A stretch of DNA of 64,000 bases from an uncultured Phycisphaeraceae bacterium (lineage in GTDB: Bacteria > Planctomycetota > Phycisphaerae > Phycisphaerales > UBA1924), in assembly GCA_964358855.1 (NCBI GenBank), contig CAYHQQ010000011.1, positions 11,546-75,545 of the forward strand, in the 5' to 3' direction. Both the position numbers and the translations under genes were made by a program. The notes under the pieces are model-generated. The model made no database searches. It worked only from the letters and a program-made list of their open reading frames with translations, and was not told the DNA's origin. Positions 1 through 9,938 of the stretch are shown piece after piece (the stretch's first letter is position 1; every line of letters begins with the position of its first letter).

Positions 1-2
1 CC

Positions 3-905
3 CAGATCGCCTGCCAGCCGGCGGCGTCGAGCATCTTCCGCTCGATCGCCCGGGTGATGTACGACGGGGGAAATCTGCCCGGGCGGGCGCACGTGCGATG
101 GGACGGCCCGCCGCGGCTCTCTTCTGGCATGGTGGACATCGCGACGAGCGACTTTGGCGAGATCCGGACGATGGTCCAGACCTTCCCGCTCTATCCCCAG
201 AACATCAACACGCGGGCGGACGCCGACCAGAAGTGGCTCAATCCCGGCGTGGGCCCGGGGAACGGGACGTGGGCGCCGGGGAACAACGACGCGATCAACC
301 GGATGCGGGCTTGGATGTGCGACGCGCTTCCAACGCAGTCGGACATGTCCTCAATCGCGCTGAACTCCGCGGCCGACCCCAAGGGTGCGCGTCTGCGGTA
401 CGAGGACTATCCGCCGGATTACCTGGGGACGGTGACGGCGGCGAACGGGAGCGTTTCGTCGCTGGCGAGCCGTCGGGCCGACCAGTTGATGCTCGCGGGT
501 TCCAAGTTCATCCCGCGGTGCACGCAGTTCTCGGTGGAGTGGACCTTCAATTACGCCGACCCGGTGACGGGGGCGGCGGTGTGGTACGGGACGTCGCTGG
601 CGAACAACAACTTCACCCAGTACAACAACGTGGTGGCTCCGTACCCGGGGCTGCCGTTCACGGTTGATCGGCGTGTGGTGTATGGGTTCCCGGTGCCGGG
701 GCCCAACGTGACGCAGACGGCGTGCTTTGGGTATGTGGATCCGACGTACTCGCCTCGGGTGAACAACATGAACGACCCGCGGAGCGTGCCTTGGATGTGG
801 CCCCGGATGGTGCGGGTGACGATCACGATCGCGGATGAGCGTGATCCGACGATCGAGGAGTCGTTCCAGTGGGAGTTTGATCTGCCCAGGCCGCCGACGG
901 TCTGA
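3..905 (+). CDS. hypothetical protein, 5'-partial (runs off left edge)
   Basis: ORF-track 54..905 begins at an internal GTG, but the same frame has no stop back to nt 3, so the gene probably starts upstream of the window. Strong GC3 bias. It ends 75 nt before the co-directional giant GspK-like gene. I cannot name a motif. Confidence 0.6.
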   Translation, partial: QIACQPAASSIFRSIARVMYDGGNLPGRAHVRWDGPPRLSSGMVDIATSDFGEIRTMVQTFPLYPQNINTRADADQKWLNPGVGPGNGTWAPGNNDAINRMRAWMCDALPTQSDMSSIALNSAADPKGARLRYEDYPPDYLGTVTAANGSVSSLASRRADQLMLAGSKFIPRCTQFSVEWTFNYADPVTGAAVWYGTSLANNNFTQYNNVVAPYPGLPFTVDRRVVYGFPVPGPNVTQTACFGYVDPTYSPRVNNMNDPRSVPWMWPRMVRVTITIADERDPTIEESFQWEFDLPRPPTV

Positions 906-979
906 GCGCAGGGGTGGAAGTGTGAGTGGTGGGGGGCGGTGGGATGTGGGGGTTGGGTGGGGTTTGAAGGAGTTTGCAC

Positions 980-3900
980 ATGACCAGCAAGAATGACGGG
1001 CAAAGCGGGCGGACGAGTCATCTGGGCCGCGTCGTGAGCGGCGTGGGCGGGATGATGCGAGCGGTGGCGGGCGTGCCCGCGGGCGTGAGCCGCGACCGGC
1101 GTGGGACGTTCCTGGTGATGGTGATCGGGACGCTGGCGCTTCTGGCGGTGATCGCGGTGGCGCACTTTGCGATCGGCCAGGCGGACCGGCGGGCGAGCGG
1201 CGCATTGGTGAGGGCGGACGCCAAGGGGGACATCCCCACGCAGGTGGCGTCGTACATCAAGCAGCTGATCTCCGACGATCTGTTCACGAGGCGGATGGAA
1301 GACACCAACGCGCTGCTGGCGGGGCTGAGTCTGCAGGAGCAGGCGACGCGTGCGGTGGCGCGGCGCGTGGCGAGCGACATCCCGATGACGGATTGGCGCA
1401 TCGACTCGACGGAGACGTTTTCGTACCTGGATGCCAACGGATACGTGGACAATCCTGCGTACTACACGCCCGCGGGTCGCTGGTCGGACAACTGGCTGGC
1501 GTCGACGGAGCCGATGTGGCTGTCTCCTTACGCGGGGGCGAATCCGGCGGTGCACCCGGACCCGACGAAGCCTTACAAGGACTACAAGGACTGGGGGCAC
1601 ATCTCGAATCTGTCGCCCGATGGGCGGTTTGTGAACCTGTGGAACCTGCGGAACAATTTCGGCGCCGAGTCGGGGTTCGGCAACGCGCTCAACGGCAAGC
1701 CGCGAACCAGCGCGAACCTGTACGTGCTCGACTCAGCGGGGCGTCCGGTGACCCAGACGGACTTTGGCGCGTCGACGGTGAACGCGACCTTGCCGGGGTT
1801 CTTCGCCAACCGTCAGCGTGGGATGTTCATGCCGGCGAGCACGGACTTCCGTTCGCTCGACATCAACTGCGTGGTGGGCAAGGCGCAGTACCACCCGTAC
1901 ATGTACGCCGACGCGGACGGGTCGGGGTACTTCAACGCCCGCTGGACCGAGCTGACGGATGCTCGCGACGTGAACAATCCGATCAACTCGCTGGTGAGCG
2001 ACGGGTCGATGCGGTGGTTTGTCGCGGCGCGGGTGATCGACCTCTCGGGGCTGGTGAACGTCAACACGGCGACCGACAGCTCGCAGGCGCCTGGCGCGGG
2101 GTACCCGGTGGGGATCAGCCCGGCGGAGATCGATCTCAAGCGGGTCCTGAGCATGCCCGATGTGTTCGCGGCCAACGGCGCGGGGTACGAAGGGATCCTG
2201 CAATCGTCGAACGCCGCTTCGGGCGACAACTACGTGGCGTACGACAAGGTGATGGCGCTGCGCGTGGGCGCGAAGGCGTATGACGCGACCATGCGGGTGC
2301 GAGTGTACAACGAGATGCCGCCGGCGACGCCCGAGGTTGCCACCTGGGTTTGGCCGACGACCTGGAACGGCGTGAGCGTGCCCGCGGCGCTCGTGGGCGT
2401 CGATCGCTGGCTGGGGTGGCGCGGGTACGCGAGCTCGATCTCGGGCGCTTCGTTCTCGATCAACTCGGGGGAGATGCTCTCTCCCTGGTTCTCCATCACC
2501 GACTCGGCCGAATTGCTCTCACGCCACGGCGTGAACGACATCGAGGTCACCACGCGGCTGGAGCGGGCGATGGGCGGGCGATTGACGCCCAATCTGCCGG
2601 CGACCACGGGGTACAGCCCTGTGCGAGACAACCGCGGCGAGGAGCTCGAGGCCACGCGAATCGATACCAGCCTTCCGATTGATCCGCTCGTCGCCGAGCG
2701 GGCAATGCTCGCGGTGGCGACGGATGTTCGGCGTCAGCTCACCACGGTAAGCGGCGCGAGGCCGCTGGCTTCGGCCCCGGTGGGCGGCGGGTCGGCGGGG
2801 GTTCTCCAGGGCGTGGATGTGCGGACGAACATCGCGGACATGGTGCGCAACAACAGTTTCACCAACGCGGGGAACATCGCGGCACTGTTCGACAGGGTGT
2901 ACGTGAATTCGCTGGCGCCGGCCTTGCGGATTCCCGGGGTGTGGCAGGATCCGGCGGCGGCGGGCATGCCTTTCAAGACATTGTTCTACGGGCACAACGG
3001 GCCGCAGCTTGGGATTTTCGCCAGCGCGTTCATGACTGCCAATCTGGTGGACGCCCTCAAGCCCGTGGGCTCGGACATGGGCAAGTACACGGTGGTCTTC
3101 GACAGCTCGACGGCCCAGGATCTCTTTCTGCGCAATCAGGCGGCGGGGAGCGACCTTGGGTACATGAGCTTCTTGAACGCCCAGGGCCTGCCCGCGTTCC
3201 CGTGGTTCCGCATGGGGCTTGCGGGGCGAGCGCAGATCTCAGAGTTCTGCCTGGACACCAAGAATTCGACGCAGGCGCTCTCGCGTCTGGCCGTGACGCG
3301 GAATTCCAGCAGCCCCGCGCGGTCGGCCGGCAGCGACAAGCTGACGGTGCCGCCGGCGGTGAACGTGTTTGGGACCAGAGCGCAGCCTTTCATCACCCAG
3401 GTCGGTTGCTACACGATGTACTCGGACGCTCCGCGTCCGGCGGGCGACGTCGACACGGTGCCGGTGGTGCGCGGGCAGCCGCCGTCGGAGGGGATCACGC
3501 TCAACGGGACGATCGTCGCGGCCAACCCGGATTTCCTGGTGCGTGTGCTGGCGTTCCAGATCCACAACCCGTTCGATGAGGCGGTGACGCTGAGCTCGCA
3601 GACGGCGACGGCGTTGAACCAGTTCGCGCCCAACACCGACGCGGGTTACTACTACGTGACGTTGCAGGACGATCCCACCGCCGCCCTGGCCCCGACACGC
3701 GCGGTCAAGCTGGTGAGCGTGACGCATCCGGCGGTAGGGCAGATCAACCTGGTGCCCATCAGCATCGGCGCGGGCCAGACGATCGTGTGCTATACGCTCA
3801 GCCAGTCGCGCGAGGACGTGGTCGCACGCATCAACGCGGTCTCGGGCGGCTCGGGCGGCGACGCGGTCCTGCAGGGTTGGCTCGACACGCAGCTGCGTGC

Positions 3901-6031
3901 CGGTGCCGCCGGTCCCAACAAGATCAACGCGCTCCACGAGGTGCCCAGGATCGACCCAATCGACCACGCGGCCTACACCGAGGCCTTCGACGAGCTCGCC
4001 CAGGGCGCCCTGGCGGGGACCACCGCCGCGACGTCGGTGCAGCTCTGGAAGAGCGAGCGGCTCTCCAAGGAGATTCTCGACCCCGTGAACCTCACGATGG
4101 ACGAGCTTCTGCCCGTCACCACCGTGGGCGGCGTGGCGGTCTTCCCGCGCAACCGGCTGGGCGACGACCGGATGATGGACCGGTTCGCTCTTGGATCGGT
4201 GGCGTCGCCGCTGGTGCTCGACCGCCGGCTCCTGGGAGGCAACAACCGGATCAGCGGGACGTTTGCGGGCCCGCAATCCAACGGGCTGCACACGCCCATC
4301 AACAGCAACACGGGGATCACGCTGACGCTTTGGGCCACGGCCAAGCGGCCGACGGACCCCCAGGCCCTGTTCGGCGCGGCGAACATCGCCGCGGCGATCC
4401 CGCTGGGCGGGATTCCGGCGTACTGCATCGAGCCCAAGAGCTGGGCGACGAACTGGAACGAGCGCAAGACCGATCTGATCGATCTGCCGGGGGTCAATGT
4501 CATCACGCTCGACGCCGCGAAGATCGACGCGGACCCGGTGGCGGCGGCGTACGAATTTGCGACCTGGCAGGCAAGGCAGATCAACGTGGCGCCCATGTCG
4601 CCGACGATGTCGGCGGCTCCGTGGGCGCAGCGGACGGCCGACGGGCTGATCATTCCAGACAATCGCGAGGCAACTCCCAGACCGTACCAGTCGATGCGCC
4701 AGACGATGCTCTCGGCGGCGACGGCGGACAACGGGTTTGGTGTGGCGAGGTCGTTCACGACGATCCTGCCCGGGCAGCTGGCCAACGATCCGCCGGCGGC
4801 GACCTTGCGGGCGACGGACATGCTGCTGCCGATGTGCGTGGGGCCTTGGGAAGCGCCTGTGGACCATGACGCGATTCCGCAGACCAACGGGATGGTGCGA
4901 TGGACGACGCTGGCGGAGGCGTGGGCGATCGCGATGGGCTACGAGGATTTGACTTTTGGCAATATTCCGCAGCCCACGTCCAACCCGCTGTCGATGTACG
5001 CGAACGTGGCCCCGGCGCCGCAGTCTCGCGGGTCGCAGAATCCGCGGCCTGTGACCGACTACGGGCACCTGGTGCTCGACGACTTCGTGCCGTTCTATGA
5101 CAGCGACAGCAATGGGAAATTCGACCCCAGCATCCAGCTGGGCGGGTTCAACCACGATCTGCGGATGGGGCTGGGCATTCCGGTGGCCTTGTCGATCCTG
5201 GATTCGATCTCGACGTGCGACTCGACGTTCGGCGGACTGAGCCGTGCGACGCCGGGGCTGATCAACGTGAACACCGCGACGCACGAGGCGCTGCGGTGCC
5301 TGCCGCTGCTGACGCCGCCCGACGCGGCGGCGAACCTGCTGTGGACGCCGGCGGCGGGCGGTTTCCTGCCGATGGACCCGCGAGCGGACGTTGCGGCGTC
5401 GGTGGTGGCGTACCGCGACAAGGTGCCGGTGGATGTGTTGCCGGGCCGCGGCAACGGCGTGACGCAGGCGAGGTTCATGGACACCGACATCGTCGACGGG
5501 GCGGTGGACCAGGTGGTGAGGCCCGACATCGTGGGCATGCAGTCGGGACGGGCGAGGCAGAATCGCATCGACGGCGTGCGGGAGCTCGCGGGCTTCGCGT
5601 CGCCGGGCGAGATGATGTGTGTGCTGAGCCGCAACACTGCGGCGTTTGGCTCCAACGTGGCGAGCCGAGATCGCGTGACGAACATCGACCACCTGGCGTT
5701 TAACGTCAAGAACGATTCGCAGGCGGGGATCGCGTCCTTGCTCCGCAAGGATTCGGCGGGGAACCTGGTGCCCGACGCGGTGCAGGACAAGTACGAGGAG
5801 AAGCTGATGATCGCGGCGGCTCTGTCGAACACGACGAGCGTGCGGAGCGACATCTTCGCGTGCTGGTTCGTGATCCGCGGGTACACACGCGACGACTGCG
5901 AGGGGCTTGGCGCTTCGGACCCGATGGTGCCCAGCGTGGAACGCCGATTCCTGATGATTCTGGATCGGTCGAACATCACCCGCATCGGCGACGAGCCCAA
6001 GGTGCTGCTGTTCCAGGAAGTGCCGATGTGA
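980..6031 (+). CDS. giant GspK-like (type II secretion minor-pseudopilin-K-like) membrane-anchored protein, 1683 aa
   Basis: ATG 980 is preceded by GAAGGAG (966-972); the ORF-track TTG at 974 is less likely. N-terminal TM helix GTFLVMVIGTLALLAVIAVAHF. Two NVNTA helix-hairpin-helix-type motifs (LSGLVNVNTATDSS and PGLINVNTATHEALRCLPLL), as in GspK/ComEA-type domains. Uninterrupted 5 kb ORF with coding-like GC3. The functional call is family-level only. Confidence 0.8.
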   Translation: MTSKNDGQSGRTSHLGRVVSGVGGMMRAVAGVPAGVSRDRRGTFLVMVIGTLALLAVIAVAHFAIGQADRRASGALVRADAKGDIPTQVASYIKQLISDDLFTRRMEDTNALLAGLSLQEQATRAVARRVASDIPMTDWRIDSTETFSYLDANGYVDNPAYYTPAGRWSDNWLASTEPMWLSPYAGANPAVHPDPTKPYKDYKDWGHISNLSPDGRFVNLWNLRNNFGAESGFGNALNGKPRTSANLYVLDSAGRPVTQTDFGASTVNATLPGFFANRQRGMFMPASTDFRSLDINCVVGKAQYHPYMYADADGSGYFNARWTELTDARDVNNPINSLVSDGSMRWFVAARVIDLSGLVNVNTATDSSQAPGAGYPVGISPAEIDLKRVLSMPDVFAANGAGYEGILQSSNAASGDNYVAYDKVMALRVGAKAYDATMRVRVYNEMPPATPEVATWVWPTTWNGVSVPAALVGVDRWLGWRGYASSISGASFSINSGEMLSPWFSITDSAELLSRHGVNDIEVTTRLERAMGGRLTPNLPATTGYSPVRDNRGEELEATRIDTSLPIDPLVAERAMLAVATDVRRQLTTVSGARPLASAPVGGGSAGVLQGVDVRTNIADMVRNNSFTNAGNIAALFDRVYVNSLAPALRIPGVWQDPAAAGMPFKTLFYGHNGPQLGIFASAFMTANLVDALKPVGSDMGKYTVVFDSSTAQDLFLRNQAAGSDLGYMSFLNAQGLPAFPWFRMGLAGRAQISEFCLDTKNSTQALSRLAVTRNSSSPARSAGSDKLTVPPAVNVFGTRAQPFITQVGCYTMYSDAPRPAGDVDTVPVVRGQPPSEGITLNGTIVAANPDFLVRVLAFQIHNPFDEAVTLSSQTATALNQFAPNTDAGYYYVTLQDDPTAALAPTRAVKLVSVTHPAVGQINLVPISIGAGQTIVCYTLSQSREDVVARINAVSGGSGGDAVLQGWLDTQLRAGAAGPNKINALHEVPRIDPIDHAAYTEAFDELAQGALAGTTAATSVQLWKSERLSKEILDPVNLTMDELLPVTTVGGVAVFPRNRLGDDRMMDRFALGSVASPLVLDRRLLGGNNRISGTFAGPQSNGLHTPINSNTGITLTLWATAKRPTDPQALFGAANIAAAIPLGGIPAYCIEPKSWATNWNERKTDLIDLPGVNVITLDAAKIDADPVAAAYEFATWQARQINVAPMSPTMSAAPWAQRTADGLIIPDNREATPRPYQSMRQTMLSAATADNGFGVARSFTTILPGQLANDPPAATLRATDMLLPMCVGPWEAPVDHDAIPQTNGMVRWTTLAEAWAIAMGYEDLTFGNIPQPTSNPLSMYANVAPAPQSRGSQNPRPVTDYGHLVLDDFVPFYDSDSNGKFDPSIQLGGFNHDLRMGLGIPVALSILDSISTCDSTFGGLSRATPGLINVNTATHEALRCLPLLTPPDAAANLLWTPAAGGFLPMDPRADVAASVVAYRDKVPVDVLPGRGNGVTQARFMDTDIVDGAVDQVVRPDIVGMQSGRARQNRIDGVRELAGFASPGEMMCVLSRNTAAFGSNVASRDRVTNIDHLAFNVKNDSQAGIASLLRKDSAGNLVPDAVQDKYEEKLMIAAALSNTTSVRSDIFACWFVIRGYTRDDCEGLGASDPMVPSVERRFLMILDRSNITRIGDEPKVLLFQEVPM

Positions 6032-6139
6032 GACGGAACTGAACCGAACCGAACTGAACATGGCCCATGGTCGTGGGCTAGGACAGGGTTTGGAGATGGG
6101 CCCCGAGCGTGAGAGAGCAGGATTGCCAGGGCAAACCGA

Positions 6140-6159
6140 CTCGCTGACGCTCGGGGCTC
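6140..6159 (+). repeat. REP-like intergenic motif, copy R1 (CTCGCTGACGCTCGGGGCTC)
   Basis: Read directly. Related copies are at 50966-50986 (inverted), 51043-51063 and 57001-57020. Flanked by CAAACCGA...TCGTTTG, which can pair. Lies between the giant-gene stop and tRNA-Pro. Confidence 0.6.
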
Positions 6160-6228
6160 GTTTGTTTTGGGCCTGCCCCGAGGCCTACGATGGGCGGTTG
6201 TGATGGTCTGTTCAACTGGTCTGTCTTT

Positions 6229-6302
6229 CAGGGCGTAGCTCAGCTTGGTAGAGCGCGTGGTTTGGGTCCACGAGGCCGCAGGTTCAAATCCTGTCGCCCT
6301 GA
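6229..6302 (+). tRNA. tRNA-Pro (anticodon TGG)
   Basis: Cloverleaf folded by hand. Acceptor CAGGGCG/CGCCCTG with discriminator A. D-arm GCTC-AGCTTGGTA-GAGC. Anticodon arm CGTGG-TTTGGGT-CCACG (TGG, G37). 5-nt variable loop. T-arm GCAGG-TTCAAAT-CCTGT. No encoded CCA; followed by TTTTT. Confidence 0.93.
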
Positions 6303-6580
6303 TTTTTGTGAGAGATCAAGCCGTACGACGAGGGCATTGAAGGGCTTTCTCGTTGTAGATTTGAACTCCCGACCGTCATTCATTTCCCATAGCGGGCCCG
6401 CAGCGCAACGGGCGGCACTCGCGGTTGCAAGCGCCGCCCGATGTGGGAATGGAGAAACCACGCGTATCGGAATAAATCGATGCCCATTGCGCATCTTGCG
6501 GGGGGCCAAACTTCCAGAGTCAAATCGCATTGAAACGGTCCTGTGCGCTGACACGGGATGTGCCTTCAGACGCCGTGGGC

Positions 6581-7081
6581 TCAGTGCATCAGTGCCGCCA
6601 TCAGCGTGGTCTTGATTTCCTTGGTCTCCTGCATGGACGTGATCGTGCTCACGACCTTGTGAGTCTTGGCGTCCACGAGCAGGACGTAGCCCGTCTTGCC
6701 CGCGTGCTCCTTCCACAAGTCGCCCAGGCCCAGCGCGGCGAGCATGTACTCGGCCTGGTGTGAGTCCTTGTCAGTCTGGTCGAGTTTGACCGTCAGGCAG
6801 GGCTGCGAGGCCGCGTCCTTCATGGCCTCTTCGAGTTTGGGCTTGAGGGCCTTGCAGCCGGGGCACCAGTCGGCGTAGAAGTTGACCGCGATGATCTTGG
6901 GGGCCTCGGCAGCGTGAGCCTGCGCGGAGCCGCTGGGCTTGGAATCCGACCCGGGCTGCGTGGCTTTGGGCGCGGGCGTGCCGCTGGGCTGTGAGCCCGA
7001 TTGTGCGAAGGCGATGCCGGCGACGGCGATTGTGAGGGCGGCAATTGCCGGGGCGACCGTGCGAGACAACGTGTTCTTCAT
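6581..7081 (-). CDS. exported thioredoxin-family protein (WCPGC)
   Basis: Trimmed to ATG 7081 (MKNTLSRTVAPAIAALTIAVAGIAFA signal peptide) with GGAG upstream. Low-complexity S/P/G linker, then FYADWCPGCKALKPKLEE, a thioredoxin active-site motif. Confidence 0.85.
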   Translation of the reverse strand: MKNTLSRTVAPAIAALTIAVAGIAFAQSGSQPSGTPAPKATQPGSDSKPSGSAQAHAAEAPKIIAVNFYADWCPGCKALKPKLEEAMKDAASQPCLTVKLDQTDKDSHQAEYMLAALGLGDLWKEHAGKTGYVLLVDAKTHKVVSTITSMQETKEIKTTLMAALMH

Positions 7082-7252
7082 CGGAGTACTCCATGCGGCG
7101 AGACGCGATTCGTCGTGCTCATGCTGCCGCGGCAACGCGCCGCAGTGCTGAGTCGGGCCGGCGTCTTCAAAGCAGGGAACAGGAGTCGAAGCCGGACTAT
7201 TCCGTCGCTTTACCGAAACTGCGGCGACTGAGCCGGGGAGGATCTTGCTTCC

Positions 7253-8050
7253 TCAAGGCGAAGCAGCGTGGGAAGTCCAGTCCGCTTCAATCCGAGCATT
7301 GATCTCTCGCATGTCTGGCGCGAGAGACGTTGCGCGTGAGACATCACCTGCGAGCGAGCGACCGGCTTCGATGTTGATCCCGGCGAGCAAACCATCCATG
7401 TAGAAGGCAGGGCCACCGCTGTCGCCCGGCGCCAACGGGGCGTCATGCTCGACCCACTTCAGGGAGCCATCCGTCGAACCTCCGACGCCAACGACGTGTC
7501 CTGCGGAGAGTCGAGTCGATTTGATGCCGCTCCCTACGCACACCACGGTTTCACCGACGCGCGCCGTTGGAGCCACATCAACAGGCGAGATCCCGACTGG
7601 CAGCGGCGCGTAGAGGAGCGCCAGGTCGTTGCCGGGAGCGGTGCTGCGCCAGACGACACGAGCGGAAAGGGTTCGTTCACGGCCGTCAGTCGATGGGTCA
7701 TAGATCAACACGCCGCCGGAGTCAGTGCAATGGGAGGCCGTGAGCCAGTACCCGCGAGCATCGATCGGGACCGCCGCGCAACCACCGATGGTTCGACAGA
7801 CCTGACCGTTCAGGCGGAACACCCCTTGCACGCCGGAGCGGGCGAGGTGGAGATGCTCGACTTCGTCTGTCCCGGTCAGCAATGCCGTGCAATGGGCGGA
7901 CGCGAACTGCGGAAGGGGCGATCCTCCGACCAGTTTGTCATCGACCAGCGTCATCGAAACGTGCTTGCGACTGTCAGTTCCGGCTGAGCATCCGCCGATC
8001 GTCAGAGCAAGAAGTAGCGGAATCCCAACGCATTCGATTGCTCTAGGCAC
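7253..8050 (-). CDS. trypsin-like (S1 family) serine protease lipoprotein
   Basis: Lipobox LLLALTIGGC. Catalytic triad contexts TASHC, NDLALL and GDSGGP are all present. No ATG is available; GTG 8050 (GAGGAG 7 nt upstream) is preferred over TTG 8053. Confidence 0.85.
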   Translation of the reverse strand: MPRAIECVGIPLLLALTIGGCSAGTDSRKHVSMTLVDDKLVGGSPLPQFASAHCTALLTGTDEVEHLHLARSGVQGVFRLNGQVCRTIGGCAAVPIDARGYWLTASHCTDSGGVLIYDPSTDGRERTLSARVVWRSTAPGNDLALLYAPLPVGISPVDVAPTARVGETVVCVGSGIKSTRLSAGHVVGVGGSTDGSLKWVEHDAPLAPGDSGGPAFYMDGLLAGINIEAGRSLAGDVSRATSLAPDMREINARIEADWTSHAASP

Positions 8051-8110
8051 CAAGTTACTCCTCTACAAGAGCCTTGCCCCCCCCCAAACTCCAGCGAGGC
8101 GATTACATCA

Positions 8111-9823
8111 TCATCTCAACGTCCGCACCGCGCGGATGACCTCATCGGGGTCCGCACGCTTCTTGTAGTCCCAGTCGGCGAAGGTCCAACGGATGACGCC
8201 GTCGCGATCGATCACGAACGTGGCGGGCGCGGGGAGTTCCCATGTGCCCGAGGCGTTGGACTCGGCGACGTTGAGGCCAAACTTCTGGTACTTGGCCTTA
8301 GTGCCGTCATCCACGACGAAGTGGACCTTGAATGCCTTGGCCGCGGCGAAGACGCCGTCGCTGTAGACGGCGTAATCGCCCTTGGCCTTCTCGCGCGTCG
8401 CCGCGGCGAGGTCGGGCTTTTCCGGCGTGAGTGCGATGAAGGTTCCACCGGCGGCCTTGAGCGCATCGATCTTGTCGTGCCAGGCCGACAGGGCGCGGGT
8501 GCAGAAGGGGCACCAGCCGCCGCGATAGAACGTGAGCACGATGGGGCCGTCCTTGTAGAGTGAGGCGAGTTGCACGGGCTTGCCGTCGATTCCCGTGACA
8601 GTGGCGTCGGGTGCCTTTGTGCCCACTGCGAGGCCGGGCGCGGCGGGCGGTGCTTCGGCAGCCTGGGCACCGTCCGCCTTGACAACGGCGGTCCTGGGAT
8701 AGAACGCCGACCACGAGTAGTAGAAGGTCTGGGCGGTGCGCACGCCCTTGGGGGCTTGAACAACCGCGACACCCGCGTTGCTCTTGCTGAGAACAACCTT
8801 GCCCGCGGGCGTCGGTATGCTGCGTCCGTCGCCGATCGCGTCCACAGGAACGAACCACGCCTGGGCTGTGTCTCCCTCGCCGACGGCGATGCCGACACCC
8901 AGCGTTTTGCGGGGGAGGGTGTCGCCCACGCCCGCGACGGGCACCATGAGTGTCTCATCCTTGAAGTACGACTCGTACGGCGAGTGCGAATAGTCGCGGT
9001 TGTGCCCCGTGTCCTTGCTGACGATCTTCGCCGTAGGGTGCGACTTCTTGAACGCCGCGAACGTGACGACTTCGACCGGAAGCATCTCCAGCGCGGTCCC
9101 GGCCAGCGGCCCGCTGACGGCGTGCATGCCCAGTTGGCTCCACAGGCCTTTGTCTTTCTTGTCGTACATGAGCACGTTGGAGTTGTAGAGTGCGCCCGAG
9201 ACGCCGAACTCCAGCACCACACTTGACGGCTTGCTCCCGCTGCCGTCCGCCGCCGCGCCCTCGGCGGCCTTGGGTGTGACGCGGCGCGAGAAGACCGTCG
9301 CTGAGTCGCACAAGGGGCAATACGTCGCCGCAATCGGCTCACCGCCGACTGTCGTGTTGACAACCTCGTGCCAATCCAGCACGCGCAGCGGCACGCCCAG
9401 CACATCATCGCCGACGACAACCTCGACGACGCGGGCGTCATCCGGCAGCCAGTCGGCCTTGTCGGCAGGCTCGGTCTTGGGGTCGGTGAGCGCGGGGATG
9501 GCATCGCGCGGCAGGAGCGTGTGGATCTGTTCCTTCGGGATGGTCAGCCCCGCGAGGTTGTAGTCCTTCTCGATGTCCACCGAGCCGGGCCGCTGCACAC
9601 GCTTGAAGGCATCGGGCTGGGCCTCGGCCTTGGCCGCGCCCGAGGGACGCGAGCCGCTGCCGGGCTCGTCCGCGGGTTGTTCGGTTTCGGCATCGAACGC
9701 CGCGCAGTCAGCGCAATCCACCACTTCGACTTCGTGCGGCAGCAACGCCGCCCGGTGCTTGTACGCCGCGGCGGCGGTGAGGGGGACCATCGCGAGTATC
9801 AGCACCTTGAGGCGCGTGGACAT
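8111..9823 (-). CDS. exported DUF3179-domain / peroxiredoxin-like (AhpC-TSA, WCPFC) fusion protein
   Basis: Trimmed to ATG 9823 (MSTRLKVLILAMVPLTAAAA signal; GAGGAG upstream). The middle region has the DUF3179-type ATYCPLCDSATVF motif. The C-terminal region (LTFYRGGWCPFCTRAL) is redoxin/peroxiredoxin-like. The 86-aa ORF-track N-extension is Arg/Pro-rich and looks non-coding. Confidence 0.8.
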   Translation of the reverse strand: MSTRLKVLILAMVPLTAAAAYKHRAALLPHEVEVVDCADCAAFDAETEQPADEPGSGSRPSGAAKAEAQPDAFKRVQRPGSVDIEKDYNLAGLTIPKEQIHTLLPRDAIPALTDPKTEPADKADWLPDDARVVEVVVGDDVLGVPLRVLDWHEVVNTTVGGEPIAATYCPLCDSATVFSRRVTPKAAEGAAADGSGSKPSSVVLEFGVSGALYNSNVLMYDKKDKGLWSQLGMHAVSGPLAGTALEMLPVEVVTFAAFKKSHPTAKIVSKDTGHNRDYSHSPYESYFKDETLMVPVAGVGDTLPRKTLGVGIAVGEGDTAQAWFVPVDAIGDGRSIPTPAGKVVLSKSNAGVAVVQAPKGVRTAQTFYYSWSAFYPRTAVVKADGAQAAEAPPAAPGLAVGTKAPDATVTGIDGKPVQLASLYKDGPIVLTFYRGGWCPFCTRALSAWHDKIDALKAAGGTFIALTPEKPDLAAATREKAKGDYAVYSDGVFAAAKAFKVHFVVDDGTKAKYQKFGLNVAESNASGTWELPAPATFVIDRDGVIRWTFADWDYKKRADPDEVIRAVRTLR

Positions 9824-9938
9824 GACGGGGACTCCTCGATGAACAGTCGGGCGGACAATCGCGGTGTGGAGCGTCTCGGCCCCGCACCGCGGAGGGAGAG
9901 AGAGACCATCGATCCTTGCACGCCGGGCGGGGGCAACG

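Noticed and set aside
3239-6061. A 940-aa minus-strand ORF, and other long ORFs (351..1205, 551..1600, 3973..4887, 5095..6000), all antisense to or out of frame with the giant GspK-like gene.
   Set aside because: Their translations are dominated by Arg, His, Pro and Gly runs typical of shadow frames in high-GC DNA. The plus-strand frame has the coding-like GC3 pattern and recognisable motifs.
6229-6580. tRNA-Pro as the attachment site of an integrative island covering the downstream accessory-looking genes.
   Set aside because: No integrase, recombinase or excisionase gene is present. I could not find a direct repeat of the tRNA 3' end further downstream by eye. The only support is the lower-GC spacer.
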